From the IMG/VR virus record IMGVR_UViG_3300006120_000023, positions 1-59,138 of that record: a stretch of 59,138 nt of DNA; one strand, 5' to 3'. The notes under the pieces are model-generated. The model was not told where the DNA came from. It was given only the letters and a program-made list of their open reading frames with translations, and did not search any database. Positions 54,801 through 59,138 of this stretch are shown in pieces. The translations under genes were made by a program, and so were the position numbers. Within the stretch, counting starts at the first letter, position 1, and every line of letters starts with the position of its first letter. This stretch comes from a virus (lineage: Duplodnaviria > Caudoviricetes).

Positions 54801-55385
54801 GGTCGAAGTAAACTTGTTGAAGGGAGCAATGGCAGCCGATCGGGTGACGATTGTGTTGCCATCGGGGGTAATGGTCCCGAGGTTGAAATCCGACAGACTG
54901 TGAACCTGCACAATCAAACCGTCTACTCCGGTTCCATCAACCGTCTGAGATCTGAGGGGTCGATTGTTGTTGTCGGTGCCCACCAAACGAATCGTGGACC
55001 CAATGTCGGCATCGGTCTCGGCCACGGCAATGACCTGTGAGGGCTGCTTGATGTCCATCTGGGTGGCAACAAACCCCCGGTCATCCCAACACCACCCAAC
55101 GGTGTTGTACATTCCACCCTTGTTGACGTTGTATTGGAAGAAACGCCCGCGGAAATAGAGCGGGGATCCGTCTATGTTGACGGCAAGCGGTACTTCAATG
55201 CCCCGGGGAAGGGTGACGGTGCAGCCATCCCACCCCGTGCAGACATCGACTTCAGCTTGGGTATGGAACCAGTGACCAGACTCCATAAGAGCCTGCACGG
55301 CCTGCGTCAGCTTACGAAAAACCTTGCTCTGGTCAGTCGTCCCAAGGATTTCAGAAGCCTCGTCAAATATCTGCGAGACGAACAT
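51861..55385 (-). CDS. tail tubular A / adaptor-like protein with a large repetitive beta insertion
   Basis: Helical N- and C-termini (VTLPRGIE; YRRIRI...DYIPI) flank repeats of H.L..G..V...GTLP.PL....YYV and G.GY..APTVTI.GGGG.GA.A.A. Confidence 0.6.
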   Translation of the reverse strand: MFVSQIFDEASEILGTTDQSKVFRKLTQAVQALMESGHWFHTQAEVDVCTGWDGCTVTLPRGIEVPLAVNIDGSPLYFRGRFFQYNVNKGGMYNTVGWCWDDRGFVATQMDIKQPSQVIAVAETDADIGSTIRLVGTDNNNRPLRSQTVDGTGVDGLIVQVHSLSDFNLGTITPDGNTIVTRSAAIAPFNKFTSTSAHQLSSGEPVVLTSSTGTVPTGLTLSNQYYVGVVNPTTIQLYNDPLYAQQGEYPINLSSIANAGTLTLTDTRTANPVTSVLLSSAPLITVSKGNEVVFSGTLPAPLTSGVTYFANALDSTNLQIFASLSDALNGINPIYLNGSSSGFTIQIRYPIAPITKLAFNAPHLFQTGDVVQASTNGGTLPQPLIAAQNYYVQVVDSTTIILHTSAADTATGNNPILLTTAGSGQNILTKLIPATAITGSTSQITAPGFTNLPTAAGSGASVQAVVSGSVTSITQTAQGSSYTSAPTVTISGGGGYGATAHAVIGTVTGVDAGKVISIVLDQPGSGYISAPTISITGGGGSGAAATAVVSYSFVTQYQIVNGGSGYTVPPAITFATPTGAQTAPVATASISNGAVNLISITNAGTGYTIAPTVTFTNASGDTTGTGATAVAAINSSGIVTGIFITNAGTAYTAPPIIALSPPASGTTATASCTIANGVLSQVTVVSTGTNYGTAPAVTVTPSTGVFVSFSSTGTLPAPLQEGATYRAEVPASGGRFTLFNDDYSPLTLTSVGSGQLYLDITRAFSVAFTNTWSGNFASVPSGTGIYFGTDYLLPITSPAIDNGVTQFYLKKLTNTTAQVYSDSGLTSLVTVTSLGTGQGYFALQQSVNPSIYKNYIALNSLQYLQNGETVQFSTASGGSLPTGLAPNTDYTIQIVGSYIQVYSGGSLVSLTSLPVGQMNLLVQRGVTPKASNTVVLTNAIFETGTAVIPRASTGDILDPNLVAGTTYYVRLIDSADIQLYPTQQQAINTTSTAGLISYTTTGNTSTSTFFLDAVEDPTFVKAIYHIEKPITQGYISLYAYDYGRSNDMTLIGQYHPTEVNPKYRRIRIGKPAAWARILYRVQHPYITSVYDYIPIEQERAILAAVHAIDLEEKDFIEQSQKYWQVAFGYLRSQQTSMDGHAIEPIQVNGLTYGDKTDPVIDSGWGGYDYYDGSY

Positions 55386-55394
55386 GAGGTTGTT

Positions 55395-55751
55395 TTACCT
55401 CTTATTACCTTCCTCGGCAAGTCCTTTCAGGAAATCATCGTCACTCATCTCGCCCTTGCCGCCGGCAGCGGGAGGCTCGGGGGCCGTAGGGGCTGCAGCA
55501 GGTGCTGAAGCGGCTCCGCCTTGAGCTTGAGAATCGACGCCCTGCTTGAGTTGATCAAGTCCTTGGGACAGCTGGGTCACAAGGGCGTGGATTGCGTCAA
55601 AGGCGGCCTTGGGCATGTTGATCATGACGGATCCGTCCTGTCCGCCGGCAGGGGCGGGAGCTCCGGCCATGTCGGCAGACATTGCGGGGCTGTTATCGGT
55701 CGGAGTGGTTGCAGCCTGCTCGGAAGGAGGCATGGAAGGGTCGTTTGCCAT
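55395..55751 (-). CDS. hypothetical acidic Ala/Pro-rich protein
   Basis: Likely start MANDPSM at 55751. Confidence 0.65.
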   Translation of the reverse strand: MANDPSMPPSEQAATTPTDNSPAMSADMAGAPAPAGGQDGSVMINMPKAAFDAIHALVTQLSQGLDQLKQGVDSQAQGGAASAPAAAPTAPEPPAAGGKGEMSDDDFLKGLAEEGNKR

Positions 55752-55755
55752 ATAA

Positions 55756-56190
55756 TTATGCTTTTGGTTCGGTGTTTTCTGATTCAGCTGCGAGGAGTCC
55801 TTTTTCAATGGAATCTTCGGGATTTTCTTTGGCGACATCGCGGCTCATTTTGCCTTCACTCTGGGCTTCCGTGACGGGTTTGATTCCGTGAATTTGAATA
55901 CCGACCTTGTGGCGGGTTTCATGCTTTCCGTGGCGGGTCTCATGATGGGTGCTTTCGGAGACCTTCTTGTAGTGAATGTGGGCCGTGCCGTGCTTGGCGA
56001 GATGGTCGATCAAGTGCTTGGCATGCTCGCCCTCAAAATGAAGCTCAGGATAGTACACCTTGGGCTCCTCGTGGTTTTTAGCGGCAGCGGAGGCAGCGTC
56101 AACGGCGTGCATCCCGTGCATGTGGTTCATGTCTTCTCCGAGGTGCGTGAAGCCCTCGGGGATTTCTTGGTTTTCGGTTTCGTATCCCAT
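55756..56190 (-). CDS. His-rich protein with scaffold-like C-terminal motif
   Basis: 18 His in 144 aa; ends PEDSIEKGLLAAESENTEPKA. Confidence 0.7.
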   Translation of the reverse strand: MGYETENQEIPEGFTHLGEDMNHMHGMHAVDAASAAAKNHEEPKVYYPELHFEGEHAKHLIDHLAKHGTAHIHYKKVSESTHHETRHGKHETRHKVGIQIHGIKPVTEAQSEGKMSRDVAKENPEDSIEKGLLAAESENTEPKA

Positions 56191-56208
56191 AGTGTTGGTT
56201 TAGTAAAT

Positions 56209-57711
56209 TTAGCGGAGTCTTCTTGCTTCGATGTTTCCGTAAGCGGTGGGTGCAGTTCCCGTAAAGGCAGAGTAGGCAACCAAGTAAATGGTAGTCGTTG
56301 CGGAAAGACTGACTCGCATGGATTTTGTTGCAAGATTGATGTCCGTAGTGCCAAGCGTTGTGGATAAACTGGCCGGGGCGGACGTGGAAAACAAACTGTT
56401 GCTGCCGTCGTAGGACCCTGTCGGAATTGTGATGGCGCTGCTTGCCGTGCTGACAGCAACCCTCACGTAGTTCAAAATAGTAGTGCTCAAGTGGATTGCT
56501 CCCATTCCTCGAACTTCCCAATCCCCGGCGGTAAGCGAAATTGACGTGATGGAATAGGTGGTCGCTGTGGTAGTAAGGGTGATGGCGCTGCCTGATGCAA
56601 CCGATGCGGCGACCCATTCCCCTACATACCCCGCGGAAGCAGAATCGTTGGTGGTAGATCCTAGATGGTCGGTTGCCCATTGTGGGGCTGAGGCACCCGC
56701 AGTGAGTATTTTACCGGTAGTTCCAAGAGGTAGCGTTGTGGTAGCTCCTGAACCGGTTTGGTAGGGTAGACTACCGGCAGCTCCACCAGAAAGATTGGTG
56801 GCATAGGTGGCGGTTCCCGTTGTGCTGTTTGCTAAAGTGGCCGAGGAAGCGTCAACGATCTGTCCGCTAGAATTGGTACCAACAATCGTTTTGCTGGCAG
56901 GAACAGAGGCTCCATTGACCTTGACAACAGACGTGGAAGACTGAGTTCCGGTAACGTCACCAGCTAAGGATCCTGAAAAATTGGTAGCTGTCGTAGCTGT
57001 CGTAGCTGTCGTAGCTGTCGTAGCTGTCGTAGCGTTACCACTCAAGCTTCCGGTAATCGTACCCGCCGAAAAATTGCCGGATCCGTCTCGGAGAACAATC
57101 GTGCTTGCCGTGTTAAGATTTGTGGGAGCTCCGGCAAGCTTGCTGTTAGCGATTGCAGCACTGGCGTTAATGTCCGCGTCTACGATAGCTCCGTTTGCAA
57201 TGGAGCTGGAGGTAACCACACCCGCTCCCAAAGTACCCAAGAATGAGCAGGAGGCGTCCAACGTTTTGTTGGACAGGGTTTGAACTCCGGTAGTGGTAAC
57301 CACATCCGGTCCCAAGGTGCCCAAGAATGAGCAGGTGGAATCCAGCGTTTTGTTGGACAGGGTCTGAACTCCGGTAGCGGTAACAAACCCAAGAGTTCCG
57401 CCCGAAAGATTCATAGCCCGCAGCAGATAGCACAGAAGCCCTTCCCCACTATTCCGAGGAATGTTGTTCAGGGTTGAGGTATTGTTCGGATCGCAAGGAA
57501 TGTTCCAACGAATCCGACCGTTTACCACGCTCTTTGTGATGAAGCCCGTCTGGGTAGAGGGGTTGTAGAAGCCCCCGTACAGGGCTGTGGTAAGATTGTC
57601 AATCAGCGAAGGGACCGACTCGTGTGATACCTGAGGATACGGCACATCCAAACAGCAAGCGCCGTTGTAAGGATAAGAACTAGAGGAAGAGTCGTTACAT
57701 CCGCAGGACAT
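56209..57711 (-). CDS. tail fibre-like protein
   Basis: Ser/Thr/Gly-rich; QTLSNKTL repeats, IVDADINASAAIA and IVLRDGSGNFSAGTI fibre motifs; Cys-rich N-terminus. Confidence 0.75.
   Translation of the reverse strand: MSCGCNDSSSSSYPYNGACCLDVPYPQVSHESVPSLIDNLTTALYGGFYNPSTQTGFITKSVVNGRIRWNIPCDPNNTSTLNNIPRNSGEGLLCYLLRAMNLSGGTLGFVTATGVQTLSNKTLDSTCSFLGTLGPDVVTTTGVQTLSNKTLDASCSFLGTLGAGVVTSSSIANGAIVDADINASAAIANSKLAGAPTNLNTASTIVLRDGSGNFSAGTITGSLSGNATTATTATTATTATTATNFSGSLAGDVTGTQSSTSVVKVNGASVPASKTIVGTNSSGQIVDASSATLANSTTGTATYATNLSGGAAGSLPYQTGSGATTTLPLGTTGKILTAGASAPQWATDHLGSTTNDSASAGYVGEWVAASVASGSAITLTTTATTYSITSISLTAGDWEVRGMGAIHLSTTILNYVRVAVSTASSAITIPTGSYDGSNSLFSTSAPASLSTTLGTTDINLATKSMRVSLSATTTIYLVAYSAFTGTAPTAYGNIEARRLR
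56984..57033. repeat. perfect 9-bp tandem repeat (GTAGCTGTC) x5.5
   Basis: Read directly; encodes (TAT)n in the fibre. Confidence 0.95.
57227..57384. repeat. 84-bp-period direct repeat, 2 copies
   Basis: Encodes VT.TGVQTLSNKTLD..CSFLGTLG twice. Confidence 0.9.
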
Positions 57712-57772
57712 AGGTAGTTAGGGTAAAGTTTTCGACACTGTGTGGCGTTTGATAGAACTTGTAAAGCAATTT

Positions 57773-58756
57773 CTACAGAACCTTTCCGTGCAGAATGCGT
57801 TTGTTGGTGACTTCGTAGTTGCCTTCCTTGTCAAGCTCCACAAGGGCTCCTCCGTGGGACCACTTGTTGATCGGGGCATAGGCTGGGTGGAGCTCGCAGA
57901 GACACCCAAGGGACCAGCACGTTATCATCTCTCCCTTGATTGTGCTTTCGGTGTGCTCACTCACCTGATGGTGATGGTTCACCAGTGCGCTGTCCTTTGC
58001 CCTCAAGAAGAGCCCGCGGGCAGCGTTGACGGGACCGATCACCGGGGTTGGGTACTCGTGGCCGTGCAGGATTGAGAGCCCGCCGGCTCGGATGATCCGC
58101 TTCTGTCCGACCAGTTCAATGCCGTACTTGTCCAGCTTGAACAAGCTTTCAAACCCAAGCTCTGCCAGATCAAGTAGCTCGGGCGCCTTCACGTTCAGAT
58201 ATTTCTCGAGTCGCTCGTCGTGATTACCCAGCTTCAAAATAATTCGAGCTTTGGGGAACATTCGGCGAAGAACGTCAAAGAATTGAAGAGTTGCCTGACG
58301 TTCGCCGGCAAGATTACGAGCCTTAGGGTTTTTTTCAAACCTCGATAGGCCGTGGAAATCGCAGAGGTCCCCGTTGATTAGCAGGGTGTCGGGGTCGGTT
58401 TTTTTCAGCCACTGCAGATAGGCCGTAACCGAAGGAATGTTGTGATAGGGAATGTGAATGTCTCCAAACACTCCGATAGTTTGCTCTCCCTCGATGATAA
58501 AGGGCTCCCAGATTGTCTCATCGCTTTCGGGAAGTCCGAGCGGGTTGTGGGGTTTCTGGTGCTCCCGGGGAATCGTGGCCTTGTGGAGATCAGCTTTCCC
58601 GTTAGCCCCGCGGACAAGTCGGATGGAAGATCTAGCCGCCCCAAGCGTGGGGATTCGCTCAGGGTTTTCTGCAAACAATCGTCTGGCAAGTGTCAGCGAT
58701 GGGGCGTTGGGGAATTTACGGATGAGATCCTCGGCAAGATTTTTTATGGTTTTCAG
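57773..58756 (-). CDS. calcineurin-like metallophosphoesterase
   Basis: GDIHIP, NGDLCD, LGNHD, LHGHE and NHHH; start uncertain (CTG 58756 or TTG 58678). Confidence 0.88.
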   Translation of the reverse strand: MKTIKNLAEDLIRKFPNAPSLTLARRLFAENPERIPTLGAARSSIRLVRGANGKADLHKATIPREHQKPHNPLGLPESDETIWEPFIIEGEQTIGVFGDIHIPYHNIPSVTAYLQWLKKTDPDTLLINGDLCDFHGLSRFEKNPKARNLAGERQATLQFFDVLRRMFPKARIILKLGNHDERLEKYLNVKAPELLDLAELGFESLFKLDKYGIELVGQKRIIRAGGLSILHGHEYPTPVIGPVNAARGLFLRAKDSALVNHHHQVSEHTESTIKGEMITCWSLGCLCELHPAYAPINKWSHGGALVELDKEGNYEVTNKRILHGKVL

Positions 58757-58760
58757 GGGA

Positions 58761-59138
58761 TTATGTGGTGATGGTGACTCGGAAAAGTCGGGCTTCGTCT
58801 ACGATACGGGATACCCACCCGTCAAGATATATTTTTGACGCGGGCCGATGCTCCACGATTTTGTAAAAGACATGGATCTCGTCTTCCATGAACGCTTTTG
58901 GCCCGTTTGTGCGGTGGAGAATCAGATCAGCTTGGCCTCGGCCACTCATCGTGGCGCAGTTAAAATAGCACTCTCCCACGACCGCAGGGAGTTTCTCGAT
59001 TCCGTCTAATTGCCAGTGGCGCCAATAGAGCTCGATAGCTTTATCTCGGGTCAACGTATCGACATCGTGATCGGTCAAGTTCCAAGGTTTGTGCTGGTGC
59101 TCACCTAGATCAATTCCGTAACGGGTCGTACCGCCCGG
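58761..59138 (-). CDS. GH108-family endolysin, 5'-truncated by the window end
   Basis: Frame open to 59138: PGGTTRYGI...DVDTLTRDKAIELYW...YFNCATMSG...YLDGWVSR. Confidence 0.85.
   Translation of the reverse strand, partial: PGGTTRYGIDLGEHQHKPWNLTDHDVDTLTRDKAIELYWRHWQLDGIEKLPAVVGECYFNCATMSGRGQADLILHRTNGPKAFMEDEIHVFYKIVEHRPASKIYLDGWVSRIVDEARLFRVTITT

Noticed and set aside
1-59138. CRISPR array, integrase/att site, transposase, reverse transcriptase/DGR
   Set aside because: No regularly spaced repeats or catalytic motifs were seen. The Cas4-like gene is the usual stand-alone phage replication nuclease.
1-59138. Stop-codon reassignment
   Set aside because: Core genes are intact in the standard code and end in TAA, TGA or TAG with tight coupling. 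The UGA anticodon at 12654-12656 reads Ser UCA and is not a suppressor.

Overview
This window is most of a tailed dsDNA phage genome (Caudoviricetes, podovirus-like gene order). It is cut inside the major capsid gene at the left end and inside a GH108 endolysin at the right end. Layout: (i) 1-12039, minus strand: capsid, four glycosyltransferase-like genes, scaffold, portal, tRNA-Gln, terL and terS. (ii) 12040-13470: a divergent non-coding control region with an atypical tRNA-Trp, a tRNA-like RNA, palindromic boxes and a long inverted repeat. (iii) 13478-32866, plus strand: small early genes behind repeated promoter/operator modules, a RuvC-like resolvase, dNMP kinase, SF2 helicase, Cas4-like nuclease, family A DNA polymerase and primase-helicase. 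(iv) 33184-59138, minus strand: tail and ejection proteins ending in a 3133-aa polyvalent protein, followed by an ATP-grasp gene and a HExxE-Erv gene. No integrase, RNA polymerase or CRISPR array was seen. Strongest candidates for undescribed systems: (1) the giant ejection-slot protein whose enzyme-like modules are each delimited by an x[F/Y]LP[A/S]x motif, next to an ATP-grasp ligase and a metallopeptidase-like/Erv oxidase fusion; (2) a C-terminal D[A/S]I[D/E]xGLxxA tag shared by the scaffold and two small proteins, possibly a capsid-loading signal; (3) a glycosyltransferase cluster inside the head module; (4) a CCA-ended, non-canonical tRNA-like RNA with a UGA anticodon loop. All product calls come from motif recognition by eye, not database searches, and composition statements are visual estimates.
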